The translations under genes and the position numbers were made by a program. A DNA stretch of 49,074 nucleotides, from positions 1 to 49,074 of IMG/VR virus record IMGVR_UViG_3300021066_000004; one strand, written 5' to 3'. This stretch comes from a virus. Taxonomy: Duplodnaviria > Caudoviricetes. Position 1 is the first letter of the stretch. Each line of letters starts with the position of its first letter. Below are positions 33,651 through 43,323 of the stretch, in pieces. The notes below the pieces were generated by a model, which worked only from the letters and a program-made list of their open reading frames with translations, did not search any database and had not been told where the DNA came from.

Positions 33651-33940
33651 TTACCGAGCAAGATTTCAAAGAGTGGTTCGACAGCCCCGTAACGCGTCAT
33701 TTCGTCGACTTGCTGAAAAGCAGGCTCGATTTGACGTACAGATTGCGTTCCGAGGTGTTCTTTCCAGGTCAGCCAAACATTACTCAGGAGACCAAGGCAA
33801 ATCTCCTGGGCCGCGAGGCTGAGCTTAGCGAGATTGTCGAGGCATTCGATAGAAAGAGCCTAGAGACATTGGAAATACAGGAGCAAGACAGTGCAGAACC
33901 AGTCAGGAATTCACCCGTGCGGCGACAGGGTGCTCATTAG
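33647..33940 (+). CDS. Small head-module protein
   Basis: F.EW...PVT, coupled to portal. Confidence 0.7.
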   Translation: MITEQDFKEWFDSPVTRHFVDLLKSRLDLTYRLRSEVFFPGQPNITQETKANLLGREAELSEIVEAFDRKSLETLEIQEQDSAEPVRNSPVRRQGAH

Positions 33941-34298
33941 ACCCGATGACATCGAGGAGAAGACCGAGGGCGGCATCATCATTCCGGGAACGGTCAGCGA
34001 ATTGCACGCGATGGCGCAGTCCATCGGTACATTCGTGGCGGCCGGCCCCGATGCGTACATGGACAGCGTGACACGCGACAGCGAAGGGCGAGTTGTCGAG
34101 CGCCGGGGCTTCTCCAAGTCGTTCGCCAAGCCCGGTGATCGCGTGGCATTTGCCAAGTACGGCGGGCTGCAGGTCAACGGCAAAGACGGGCAGTCTTACC
34201 GGCTCATGAACGATGTCGACATCACTGCGGTGGTTGAGGAAGGCGTGAACTTTACAGACCTTAAGTCGCGTCAGCCTTTTGCGAGGCTTGCCAAATGA
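33891..34298 (+). CDS. groES: GroES-like co-chaperonin
   Basis: P.GDRVLI..EEKTEGGIIIP, AAGP, GDRV.F.KYGG, DI.AVV. Confidence 0.9.
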   Translation: MQNQSGIHPCGDRVLIRPDDIEEKTEGGIIIPGTVSELHAMAQSIGTFVAAGPDAYMDSVTRDSEGRVVERRGFSKSFAKPGDRVAFAKYGGLQVNGKDGQSYRLMNDVDITAVVEEGVNFTDLKSRQPFARLAK

Positions 34299-35062
34299 GC
34301 GAAACAAACGAAACGCGTGACTTCGAGGCTGAGGCACGAAGTAGTGGCTGGGTACCGCAATCCGATTGGAAAGGCCCACCGGAGCGCTGGGTAGATGCGC
34401 AGAAGTTCGTCGAGCGCGGCGAGCAGTTCTTCCCGTTCGTGCAGGCGAAGCTCAAGAAGTCACTCGACAAGATCGACCAGCTTGAGGCGACTGTTGGCGA
34501 GCTGCGGACCGGGAATGAGGAGTTCCGCAGGTTCCATGAGACCGCACTGGCGAAGCAGAAGCGCGAACACGAGGAGACCATTGCGAGTCTCGAAGCGGCG
34601 CGCAGTAAGGCAGTCACCGAGGGTGACGGCGAGGCCTTTGCCAAGGCTGAGAAGGACCTGCAGGAGGCCCGTAAGCAGCCTGTTGCCGCCACTGCGGCCG
34701 CCAAGACCGGCATCCCTCCTGACGTACAGGCCTGGATGACCGAGAACCCTTGGTACACCACGGATCGACAGCTCAAGGCGATCACCGACGGTCTTTCGGA
34801 TGATCTCGCAGCCGAGCAGCCGAATTTGAAAGGCCGCCCGTTTCTGGATGAACTCGCCAAGCGCGTCAAGACCGTCGCGCCGCAGAAGTTCACGACTCAA
34901 CGGCCCGTCACCACCGAGGGTCACAACGGCGGTGGATCAAGCAAGAAAGATAGAAGCTACGAAGCATTGCCGGCTGAAGCGAAGGCCGCGTGCGACAAGT
35001 TCGTGAAGAACATTCCGGGATTCACCAAAGAGGCATACCTTGCCTTATACGACTGGAGCTAG
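34295..35062 (+). CDS. Putative scaffolding protein
   Basis: Charged coiled coil, W..ENPW, between portal and capsid. Confidence 0.7.
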   Translation: MSETNETRDFEAEARSSGWVPQSDWKGPPERWVDAQKFVERGEQFFPFVQAKLKKSLDKIDQLEATVGELRTGNEEFRRFHETALAKQKREHEETIASLEAARSKAVTEGDGEAFAKAEKDLQEARKQPVAATAAAKTGIPPDVQAWMTENPWYTTDRQLKAITDGLSDDLAAEQPNLKGRPFLDELAKRVKTVAPQKFTTQRPVTTEGHNGGGSSKKDRSYEALPAEAKAACDKFVKNIPGFTKEAYLALYDWS

Positions 35063-35064
35063 AC

Positions 35065-35496
35065 ATGTCCGACAAAGAACGTAGAGAGCGCGTTCCGTTT
35101 TCCGCGAATCGAAAGCGGCTTTCACTCAACAAAGAGTTGGATGGATTCATTACTCGCTGGTTCAACGAACAGGATGATCGTCTGCAACGGGCGGAAGATG
35201 CAGGTTATCAATACGTGCATCGCAAAGAGATAGGGCAAGTCGGAGACAAGGACATCTCTAACGGCAACACCGACGTGAACTCACGTGTGAGTCGCGTCGT
35301 CGGGCGCAGGCCGGATGGCTCATCGATTCGCGCATACCTCCTGAAGATCCGCAAGGACTGGTACGACGCAGACCAGGCCAAGAAGGAAGAGGTGAACAAG
35401 CGCGTGGATGACGCGATCCGTGCCGGAACATCTGGTGGAGCAAACGTTCAGAACCAATATGGCACAGTGCAAGTCAATCAAGCACCTATCGCCTAA
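35065..35496 (+). CDS. Conserved head-module protein
   Basis: RW.N...R....GY..V, L.KI..DWY..D. Confidence 0.7.
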   Translation: MSDKERRERVPFSANRKRLSLNKELDGFITRWFNEQDDRLQRAEDAGYQYVHRKEIGQVGDKDISNGNTDVNSRVSRVVGRRPDGSSIRAYLLKIRKDWYDADQAKKEEVNKRVDDAIRAGTSGGANVQNQYGTVQVNQAPIA

Positions 35497-35522
35497 CCGT
35501 TCTGCCGTTTTCGCTCCGACAT

Positions 35523-35550
35523 GCCCGCTCAAGTAGCGGGTTTTTCATTT
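35523..35550 (+). terminator. Intrinsic terminator
   Basis: GCCCGCT-caagt-AGCGGGT-TTTT. Confidence 0.7.
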
Positions 35551-35563
35551 ATGGAGTTTGAAA

Positions 35564-36142
35564 ATGGCTAACGCTGATACGCCCTTTGGGCTTCGGCCGG
35601 TCAAGTACATCAGTGGCGCGCCCTACAACGGCGCCGTGAACACGTACTCGACGGCCTCTGGTGATGGAACGGCGATTTTCGTGGGCGACCCGGTGATTCT
35701 CTCCGGCACCTCTCAAACCATCGGTGGCTACATCTATCGAGACGTGGATCAAGCGGCGACCGGCAACGTCGTTGTTGGGGTGGTGGTGGCGGTCCTGCAT
35801 GAAACGCAAGACTCTCTGATCTACCGCGCTGCCTCGACTGTTCGGCGGCTGCTGGTGGCGGACGATCCTGATCTGCTGTTTGAGATTCAGGAAGTTTCCG
35901 GCGGCACGGCAATAGCGGCAGCCGACATCGGGCTGAACGCCAATTTTGTTGTTGCTGCCGGCAATACGACGACCGGTATGTCCGGTGTGGAGCTCAATAA
36001 CTCCGGCATCAACACCACCAACACATTCGACCTACAGATTGTCGATGTCGTGAATCGCGATGACAACGCGATCGGCGAGCACTGCAAGTACTTGGTCCGA
36101 ATCAACCGTCATCAATACAGCAACCAAGTTGCTGGTATCTAA
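35564..36142 (+). CDS. Capsid decoration / minor capsid protein
   Basis: MANADTPFGLRPV, IF.GDPV, DDPD..FEIQ; immediately before the major capsid gene. Confidence 0.75.
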   Translation: MANADTPFGLRPVKYISGAPYNGAVNTYSTASGDGTAIFVGDPVILSGTSQTIGGYIYRDVDQAATGNVVVGVVVAVLHETQDSLIYRAASTVRRLLVADDPDLLFEIQEVSGGTAIAAADIGLNANFVVAAGNTTTGMSGVELNNSGINTTNTFDLQIVDVVNRDDNAIGEHCKYLVRINRHQYSNQVAGI

Positions 36143-36154
36143 GGAGCAGCAAAC

Positions 36155-37066
36155 ATGGCTGGTGTAATCACGACAGGCAATCACCCCAAGGCACTTTGGC
36201 CTGGGGTCCACGCATGGTTTGGGGCGAAGTACGACGAGCATCCGGACGAAACCGTTCAGATCTTCGACAAGATGACCTCCGACATGTCTTACGAGGAGAT
36301 GGTGCAGAGCTACGGCTTTGGACTGGCTCCGATCAAGACGCAGGGCTCATCCGCTGTCTACGACAGTCACTCTCAAGGATTCGTGGCGCGCTTCACGCAC
36401 GTCGCGTATTCCCTGGGGTACATCGTGACCAGGGAAGAGCTGGCGGACAACAAGTACGGACCGACTTCGATGGACCGTGCCGGGGCGTTGGCGTTCTCGA
36501 TGACGCAGACCCGGCAGAACGTTGGCGCGAACGTACTGAACCGCGGGTTCAACAGCTCCTACCTTGGTGGTGACGCCAAGGAGTTGTTTGCCACGGATCA
36601 TCCGCTCGCTCTGGGCGGGACGTTCAGTAACGAAATGAACCCATCGGCGGACTTCAGCGAGGCGTCTTTGGAAGACCTGTGCATCCAAATCATGGATGTG
36701 GTCAACCCACGCGGCCTCAAGGTTTCGATCATGCCGAAGCGGCTGATCGTGCCTACCTCGCTGTCTTTCGAGGCGGAGCGGGTGCTGAAGTCGACGCTTC
36801 AGAATGACTCGGCGAACAACGCGATCAATGCGCTGCGTTCCAAGAGTGTAATTCCTGAGTACGTCGTCAATCACTACCTGACCGACACGGACGCGTTTTT
36901 CATCAAGACGAACGCCCCGAAGGGTCTGACGTGGTTCGATCGCGAGCAGGTCGAGTTCAAGCAAGACACTGACTTCGATAGCGACAACGCGAAGGCCAAA
37001 GCCTATATGCGATTCGTCGCGTATTGGGCCGACCCCAGGGGCGCTTTTGCTTCGCAAGGGGCCTGA
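36155..37066 (+). CDS. Major capsid protein
   Basis: 303 aa, strong SD, PKRLIVP, YLTD.DA.F, DPRG; terminator follows. Confidence 0.85.
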   Translation: MAGVITTGNHPKALWPGVHAWFGAKYDEHPDETVQIFDKMTSDMSYEEMVQSYGFGLAPIKTQGSSAVYDSHSQGFVARFTHVAYSLGYIVTREELADNKYGPTSMDRAGALAFSMTQTRQNVGANVLNRGFNSSYLGGDAKELFATDHPLALGGTFSNEMNPSADFSEASLEDLCIQIMDVVNPRGLKVSIMPKRLIVPTSLSFEAERVLKSTLQNDSANNAINALRSKSVIPEYVVNHYLTDTDAFFIKTNAPKGLTWFDREQVEFKQDTDFDSDNAKAKAYMRFVAYWADPRGAFASQGA

Positions 37067-37072
37067 CGACCT

Positions 37073-37097
37073 GGCCCCGTCTTCGGGCGGGGCCTTT
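37073..37097 (+). terminator. Terminator after capsid gene
   Basis: GGCCCCG-tcttcggg-CGGGGCC-TTT. Confidence 0.7.
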
Positions 37098-37146
37098 CCA
37101 ACTGTGAGCATTCCATAGGACCGCAACGCGGTTCACAGGAGATTCA

Positions 37147-38082
37147 ATGACTGTTTCCAATTACCCGAAGGGCTTTGCCGACGGCATCGCCCTTCGTAAC
37201 CTTCCTGTTTTCGAAACCTTCGGCGGTAACGTATTCTGGGTCAACTCGGCCACGGGATCGAATGGCCAGAAGGGCACGCGTGATCGTCCTTTCGCGACAC
37301 TGGACTACGCCATCGGGCGCTGCACGGCCAACAACGGCGATGTGATCATGATCGCGCCGAATCATGCGGAGACCATTACCGGTGTGGCCGGCATCGCTGC
37401 GGATGTCGCTGGCATTAGTGTCATCGGCCTGGGCATCGGGAACCAGCGGCCTCGCTTTCTGATGGACGGCGGCACTACGGTAACTTTCGCAATCACCGCG
37501 GCCGACTTCTATATCGAGAACTGCGTGTTTGCAGCCGGCCACTCCAATGTAGTGACGTGCTTCACGTCTACCGCTGCACACACCAAGATCATTCGTTGCG
37601 AATTCGAGAACAACACCACCAATGAAGACTTCCTGACTTGCATCAAGTCCACCACGACCAGTGACAATGCCGGTGACGGGCTGACTGTGATCGGGTGCCG
37701 GTGGATCACCTCGGATGCTGATGATCTCGAATTCATAGAGATCAACGCAAACTGCAACGGTCTGATCGTACGTGACAACTTCGTTCACACCGCTGGCACG
37801 GCCTCTCCTCTAATTCTGGTGGCCGCCGGCAAGATCATCACGGGTGGGCACATAAGTTGGAACAGCCTGTCGAATCGCATGACGGCCAACGAGCTGTTCA
37901 TCTCGAATAACGGCACCACGAATACCGGCGTGATCGACAACAACTATGTTGGTCACTCTGACGTGACTACATCTCATGATCCTGGTTGGGATGGAGGCGG
38001 CTGGAGATTGTTCAACAATCTGTCGACCTCTGTGGACAACCTGCAGGGCGTTGTAGTGCCAGCTGCAGACGTGGATTCTTAA
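37147..38082 (+). CDS. Virion protein with probable parallel beta-helix
   Basis: FWVNS..G...GT...PFATLDYA..GDVI; Asn/Thr-rich repeats. Confidence 0.7.
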   Translation: MTVSNYPKGFADGIALRNLPVFETFGGNVFWVNSATGSNGQKGTRDRPFATLDYAIGRCTANNGDVIMIAPNHAETITGVAGIAADVAGISVIGLGIGNQRPRFLMDGGTTVTFAITAADFYIENCVFAAGHSNVVTCFTSTAAHTKIIRCEFENNTTNEDFLTCIKSTTTSDNAGDGLTVIGCRWITSDADDLEFIEINANCNGLIVRDNFVHTAGTASPLILVAAGKIITGGHISWNSLSNRMTANELFISNNGTTNTGVIDNNYVGHSDVTTSHDPGWDGGGWRLFNNLSTSVDNLQGVVVPAADVDS

Positions 38083-38168
38083 TAGCAGGCTGATCAATCC
38101 AGATCTGGGTGCGCAAGCGCGCTCAGATCGATCAAGTCGATTCCGCAATTTAAATTGGAGTTTTTTAG

Positions 38169-38696
38169 ATGCCAACCTCGATGGAATACAACCGGCTTGG
38201 CCAGGTCTTCACCGCCTGCAACCAAACGGCCGCGACTGTCACCCTCATTAACACCTCGACTACGACGGGATTCGTGCTCAGCAATCCTTTCGGCTCCGGC
38301 AAAAATCTAGCTCTGCTGTCCGCGCAGTTCACATACACCACCGTACCTGCTGCAACGGCGGTTATTTTCTTGGCGCAAAGCATCGCACCAAGCCCAACCG
38401 CACACGCATCTGTCACCGCAATCGCCATCTACGGCGCCGATGGCACTGGGGCCACGGGCCGCAGCGTGGCGAGGGCCTATAGTGCATCGACCACCCCGAA
38501 CCTGCCGGTCTACACCAGGGCACTGGGTTACTCGCCGACCACCCCTGCGACCACGGGTGGCCTGACGGTACGCGCCCAGGTAGACGGTGAAATTCTGCTG
38601 GTACCGGGTAGCTATATCCAAATCAGCTACATCACCACGGCGCCGGTGGGCATCACCGATATGACCTGGGTGGAGCTGCCACTCAACGCGCAGTGA
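38169..38696 (+). CDS. Virion structural protein
   Basis: Thr-rich, NP.GSGKN; within late operon. Confidence 0.65.
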   Translation: MPTSMEYNRLGQVFTACNQTAATVTLINTSTTTGFVLSNPFGSGKNLALLSAQFTYTTVPAATAVIFLAQSIAPSPTAHASVTAIAIYGADGTGATGRSVARAYSASTTPNLPVYTRALGYSPTTPATTGGLTVRAQVDGEILLVPGSYIQISYITTAPVGITDMTWVELPLNAQ

Positions 38697-38699
38697 CAT

Positions 38700-39098
38700 A
38701 TGGCTCACACCATCAACATCACAAAGGTGAACGACGGCCCTAAAAACGTCGTTGTTCACGTGTACCTCAAGTGTGATGGCGTTACAGGCGAGATCGTCGA
38801 TCAGATCATCGTCGATCCCGCCTTGCTGGTGCCATCCAGGAGTGCAAAGCCGTTCCTATCTCTGGATGAGATCTGGTGGGATTTCACGGGTTTCGGGGTG
38901 CGGTTTGAATACAACAGCATTCCTGATACGCCTGTTTGGACCGCCTCAGCAGGTAACGGAAGCCATGTGTGCTTCGAAAGGTTCAAAGGACTCGCTGACC
39001 GCTCTGGTCTGGATGGAGCTGGCGCACTTCAAATCACCACCTTCGGATTCGACAGCGCCGCCAAGGAAGGCACGTTCGTCGTGAAGTTGACCAAGTAA
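38700..39098 (+). CDS. Virion structural protein
   Basis: Late operon ORF. Confidence 0.65.
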   Translation: MAHTINITKVNDGPKNVVVHVYLKCDGVTGEIVDQIIVDPALLVPSRSAKPFLSLDEIWWDFTGFGVRFEYNSIPDTPVWTASAGNGSHVCFERFKGLADRSGLDGAGALQITTFGFDSAAKEGTFVVKLTK

Positions 39099-40025
39099 AT
39101 GGCCACTTCAGGCTCGAAAAACTACACAGTCAATCGAACCGACCTGATCGAGTCAGCGCTTCGCAAGCTGGGCGCATATGACGCTGGTGATACGCCATCC
39201 TCGGATGAGCTCGCGGATGCCAATACCGCGCTCAATTTGATGATCAAGGCGTGGATCACCAAGGGTCTCAACGTCCCATGGCGTGAGACCCTGACGCTGT
39301 TCCTGCAGCCTGATACGAGGTCCTATCGTATCGGGCCGAGCGGGGATGAGTGCACCGAATCGTTCGTTGAGACCACCCTGTCGGCTGCTGCTATTACGGG
39401 CGCCACCACGATAACCCTCACATCAACCAGCGGCATCACGGCAGCCGATCGAATCGGCATCAAGCTGGACAGCGGCACCATTCACTGGACTACCGTCGTG
39501 GTTGCAGCGACCACCAGCATTACTGCCGGGCTCGCCTCGGCTGCGTCATCCGGCAACGCGGTGTACGCCTACACCACGAAATGCAACCGCCCTGTGAAGA
39601 TCGTATACGCGCACACGCGAGACTCATCTGGTATCGACAACGAGGTTGAGCTGATTGGCGAGACGGAATACCGCATGCTCTCCAACAAGGGATCGGGTGG
39701 GCGACCGAATAAGGCCTACTACCAGCCGACAATTGAAAACGGCACGCTGTTCGTCTGGCCGGCCAATGCCGGCGGTGTCGACAAACTGATACTGATCACG
39801 CAACCGCTGGTCGATGACTTCGACGCGGCCAGCGATAACCTGGATTTCCCAATCGAGTGGGGCAAGGCGATCATTTTCGGTCTCGCCGATGATCTAGGGC
39901 CTGAGTACGGCATACCTACGAAGTTCCAGGATCGCCTTGAGCGCAAGGCCGCCCGGCTGCTTGAGGACCTGCTTGACCATGACGTGGAGAACGCCTCCTT
40001 GATCATCGGGGCCGAGCATCGATGA
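39099..40025 (+). CDS. Head-tail adaptor (P22 gp4-like position)
   Basis: MATSG, LI..ALRKLG, LN.M...W, P.EW..A...LA..L.PEYG. Confidence 0.75.
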   Translation: MATSGSKNYTVNRTDLIESALRKLGAYDAGDTPSSDELADANTALNLMIKAWITKGLNVPWRETLTLFLQPDTRSYRIGPSGDECTESFVETTLSAAAITGATTITLTSTSGITAADRIGIKLDSGTIHWTTVVVAATTSITAGLASAASSGNAVYAYTTKCNRPVKIVYAHTRDSSGIDNEVELIGETEYRMLSNKGSGGRPNKAYYQPTIENGTLFVWPANAGGVDKLILITQPLVDDFDAASDNLDFPIEWGKAIIFGLADDLGPEYGIPTKFQDRLERKAARLLEDLLDHDVENASLIIGAEHR

Positions 40026-41437
40026 AGCTCCCCTTGCTCGGAGGAGCTTACGGAGGTAGGTCTAGCTCCGTCAGTCCCGAGCGGCTGTTGAATTTCTTCC
40101 TAGAGTCATACGGCGATAGCTTCTACTTGGTCGGCACGCCCGGCCTGACGCTGCGATTGACGCTCAATGAAGGCCCAATACGGGGCATTCACTTATTCGA
40201 AAACACGCTGTATGCCGTTGCCGGCAATCACGTGTATTCGGTCAGCAGCGATCACGCGAGCACTGACCTTGGAACGATTGGCACGGCAACCGGCCGGGTG
40301 TTCATGGAGGACAACGGCACCTCGATAGTGCTGGTGGACGGCTCCACCAGTGGCTACACGATCACCTCGGGCCTGCTCGCAATCATCACGGATGTGGACT
40401 TCGAGGGCGGCAGTGCGATCGCCTACCAGGACGGTTATTTCATCGTTCCGGTACCTGCAACAGGCCGATTCCGCATCTCAGATCTCAACTCGGCGACGAG
40501 CTGGGTTGACTCCGATTTCACCACGGTCGAGGGTGATTCGGACAATGTGAGTTCGGTGATCTCGGACCTTCGTCAATTGTGGCTGCCCGGAGAGACCACC
40601 ACCGAGATTTACGAAAATACCGGTGATTCCGATTTCCCTTTCGAGCGCCTCGCCGCAGGCTTCATGCAGAAGGGCATAGCGGCACCCGCAACCCTGTGTC
40701 GCTTCGATAACTCGCTCGTTTGGCTCTCCAAAGATGAGCGTGGGCATGGCCTGTTGGTACAGGCGAACGGCTATAACCCGGTAGTGATATCGCCCTCGTC
40801 GATCAACTGGAAGTGGTCGAGGTATTCGACCATAGATGATGCCTTCGCCTTCACCTACCAGATCGAGGGCCACGAGTTCTACGTGATCACCTTCCCCACG
40901 GGTAACGCCACGTGGGTATACGACGCGCGCGAGAAGCAGTTCCATCAGTGGTCCTCGAATATCAGTGGTAACGAGCAGAGCCGGCACCGTGCGAACGCTC
41001 ATTGCTTTGCATTCGGTCGGCACTACGTGGGCGACTACGACTCGGGGAAGATCTACACCATTGAGCCTGATGTCTACACCGAGGCTGGTACGACGATCAT
41101 TCGCGACCGCATCTCCATCAACATGGACATTGAGAACTCGCGCTTCTCACTCGACGAGGTGGAAATTGAATGCCAACCGGGAGTTGGCCTGTCCACCGGA
41201 CAAGGATCGAATCCCCTGATGATGCTGCGAACCTCAAAGGACGACGGCAACACCTGGGGGAATGAGCGCACCAGATCGGCTGGAATGATCGGTGAATATA
41301 CCCGTCGCGCCGTTTGGAGAAAGCTCGGCAGGAGCCGTAAGCGAGCGCTGTGGCTTCGCGTCTCAGATCCAGTGAAGTGGATCATTACCAGTGCAGTCGG
41401 CAGATCCCGCGATGAGGTGATCCGTGGCGAGGACTAG
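40022..41437 (+). CDS. Tail hub / packaged-DNA stabilization protein (P22 gp10-like)
   Basis: 471 aa; TPGL, Y.DGYF, GHEFY...FP, S.D.G.TWG, G..GEY..R..W..LG. Confidence 0.85.
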   Translation: MKLPLLGGAYGGRSSSVSPERLLNFFLESYGDSFYLVGTPGLTLRLTLNEGPIRGIHLFENTLYAVAGNHVYSVSSDHASTDLGTIGTATGRVFMEDNGTSIVLVDGSTSGYTITSGLLAIITDVDFEGGSAIAYQDGYFIVPVPATGRFRISDLNSATSWVDSDFTTVEGDSDNVSSVISDLRQLWLPGETTTEIYENTGDSDFPFERLAAGFMQKGIAAPATLCRFDNSLVWLSKDERGHGLLVQANGYNPVVISPSSINWKWSRYSTIDDAFAFTYQIEGHEFYVITFPTGNATWVYDAREKQFHQWSSNISGNEQSRHRANAHCFAFGRHYVGDYDSGKIYTIEPDVYTEAGTTIIRDRISINMDIENSRFSLDEVEIECQPGVGLSTGQGSNPLMMLRTSKDDGNTWGNERTRSAGMIGEYTRRAVWRKLGRSRKRALWLRVSDPVKWIITSAVGRSRDEVIRGED

Positions 41438-42332
41438 GACTCGAACCTTTCGCGTTGTCCCCGAGGACCCAAAGAGATGGGACCTTTTCCTAAAAGACTT
41501 CCTGGCGGGTCTTGAAGATGTCGAGGCCTCCGCTGTTACCGATTTCGCAGAAACCACTCGGGACACTGTAGCGGCGTTCATCACCAACGGCACTGGCATC
41601 ACTTGGTCGCACAGCGACGGCGCCAACACGCTGACGGGGACGGTATCGCTGTCTGTATTCACGACTACGAATCTGGCTGAGGGCGCAAACCTCTATTTCA
41701 CTGATGAGCGCGCCCAGGATGCGGTCGGCAACAACCTCGTAGATAGCGCCAGCATTGACTTCACTTACAACGACGGGGCCGGCACGATAACCGCTGCAGT
41801 ACTCCCGGCTGGCGTTGACCATGGCGGACTAGCCGGACTGGGCGACGACGACCACCCGCAGTACCCGCAGGCTGCGACTACTGAGACCATCAGCGGCGCC
41901 TGGACTTTCAGCGCGCAGTTGCTGCTGACCAAAGTCGGCACCGGCGCCGATCCGACGCTGCTGCTCAAGAGCAATCTGCCGCTAATCGAGTTCTTCGACG
42001 AGAACGCGACCACTGACGAGGGTCGCTGGCAGTGGTTCACGAGCGGCAGCAGTCTCATATTGCGCTGCATCAACAATGCCGGCTCTCTTGCAGCCACCGC
42101 GCTCAACATTACCAACAGTGCTGGCGGCACGATCACATCGATCGCATACGGTGCAACGGCCCACAACTTCAGCTCAGGTGCTACCGAGGTAGCTAGGTTT
42201 GACGGGTCCTCCACCGCCACTCACACGCGCTTTATGATTTACGACGTCGACAACGGCACTCTTGAGCGCGTGACGGTCGGCGCCGCAGACAGTGGCGGGG
42301 TGGGTTTCAAGGTGTTGAGGATCCCGAATTGA
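41424..42332 (+). CDS. Tail needle/fibre-like protein
   Basis: P22 gp26 position; TNLAEG.NLYFTDERAQDAV and DHGGL.GL.DDDHPQY motifs. Confidence 0.65.
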   Translation: MARTRTRTFRVVPEDPKRWDLFLKDFLAGLEDVEASAVTDFAETTRDTVAAFITNGTGITWSHSDGANTLTGTVSLSVFTTTNLAEGANLYFTDERAQDAVGNNLVDSASIDFTYNDGAGTITAAVLPAGVDHGGLAGLGDDDHPQYPQAATTETISGAWTFSAQLLLTKVGTGADPTLLLKSNLPLIEFFDENATTDEGRWQWFTSGSSLILRCINNAGSLAATALNITNSAGGTITSIAYGATAHNFSSGATEVARFDGSSTATHTRFMIYDVDNGTLERVTVGAADSGGVGFKVLRIPN

Positions 42333-42871
42333 TCCCGCACAGCATGATCATCGACGGGTTTTTGCCGGACTTCGATGACTTCCGCGCGTGGGCCGATACG
42401 CAGCTATACGCGCCTGTGGTCAATCCGGCCGACGGGGTGGAGTACCCGGGAATCTGCGCGAATGTGCCGACATGGGGGACGCGCCAGCGCCTCGAATCGA
42501 TCTTTGGTCAGCCGGTCAAAATCAATACCGCATTCATGCGGCTATCTCTGGAAGGTGTTCAGGCTCCGCACCAGGCACACAACGACGCTCTGATGGGGCA
42601 GTACAGCCTGATGCTTTACCTCAACCGCGCCGAGCACTGCCAAGGCGGGACGAGCCTCGTGCGTCACGCGAGCGGTGATGATATGGCGCACTGGGAGACA
42701 GACCACAGCAAGCCCGAGATGTGGCGCGTGTATTCCATGTGCGAGATGCGTCCGAACCGGGCATTCATCTTTCGAGCCGAGCTATTTCACCGAGCTGAAC
42801 CCGTGAACGGATTCGGCAGAGATGCCACTGACGGACGTTTGGTTTACACCTGCTTCTTCGATCTCCAATGA
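42329..42871 (+). CDS. 2OG-Fe(II) oxygenase (DUF6445-like)
   Basis: IDGF, YPG, HxD (HND), LYLN, GGT, NR, FH, GRL. Confidence 0.8.
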   Translation: MIPHSMIIDGFLPDFDDFRAWADTQLYAPVVNPADGVEYPGICANVPTWGTRQRLESIFGQPVKINTAFMRLSLEGVQAPHQAHNDALMGQYSLMLYLNRAEHCQGGTSLVRHASGDDMAHWETDHSKPEMWRVYSMCEMRPNRAFIFRAELFHRAEPVNGFGRDATDGRLVYTCFFDLQ

Positions 42872-43323
42872 TCAACATAAGGTTGGCAACACAGGACGAT
42901 GTGAAAGCCATCGTCCGGCACGGCCGTGCGTTTTGGTCTGCCATCCCATACTGCGACGTGCCGTATTGCCCGGACTCCGTGGCTCTGACGTGTGGACACA
43001 TGATTGCTCAGGGATTGTTGGTGTACGCCGAGGTGGATGGTGAATGCGCTGGTTTTATTGGCGCGCTTCGTTCGCCACTGTTTCTGAATCGCGAATACCA
43101 TGTGGCAGCAGAGCTTTGGTTTTGGGTTGAGCCGCAGCACCGAAAAACCGGCATCGGCCGGATGATGCTCAACCAAATGGAATCGGCTGCGAAGACAGCC
43201 GGCATTTACCGGCTCTCAATGATGGCCATCGAAGGCATGCAACTGGATAGGGTAGCGGCAATGTACGAAGCCGACGGCTACGAGCCAGCTGAGAGAACCT
43301 GGAGTAAACGTCTATGGCCGTAA
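42868..43323 (+). CDS. GNAT-fold acetyltransferase-like protein
   Basis: IRLAT..D, WVEPQHRKTGIG, Y...GY. Confidence 0.85.
   Translation: MINIRLATQDDVKAIVRHGRAFWSAIPYCDVPYCPDSVALTCGHMIAQGLLVYAEVDGECAGFIGALRSPLFLNREYHVAAELWFWVEPQHRKTGIGRMMLNQMESAAKTAGIYRLSMMAIEGMQLDRVAAMYEADGYEPAERTWSKRLWP

Noticed and set aside
27318-35555. Shared GCGGGTTTTTCATTTATGG-like sequence at two sites as a mobile-element end
   Set aside because: Both are tails of intrinsic terminators of a common lambdoid type
38102-38129. Hairpin between virion genes as an ncRNA
   Set aside because: A single stem-loop, most simply an mRNA stability or processing element
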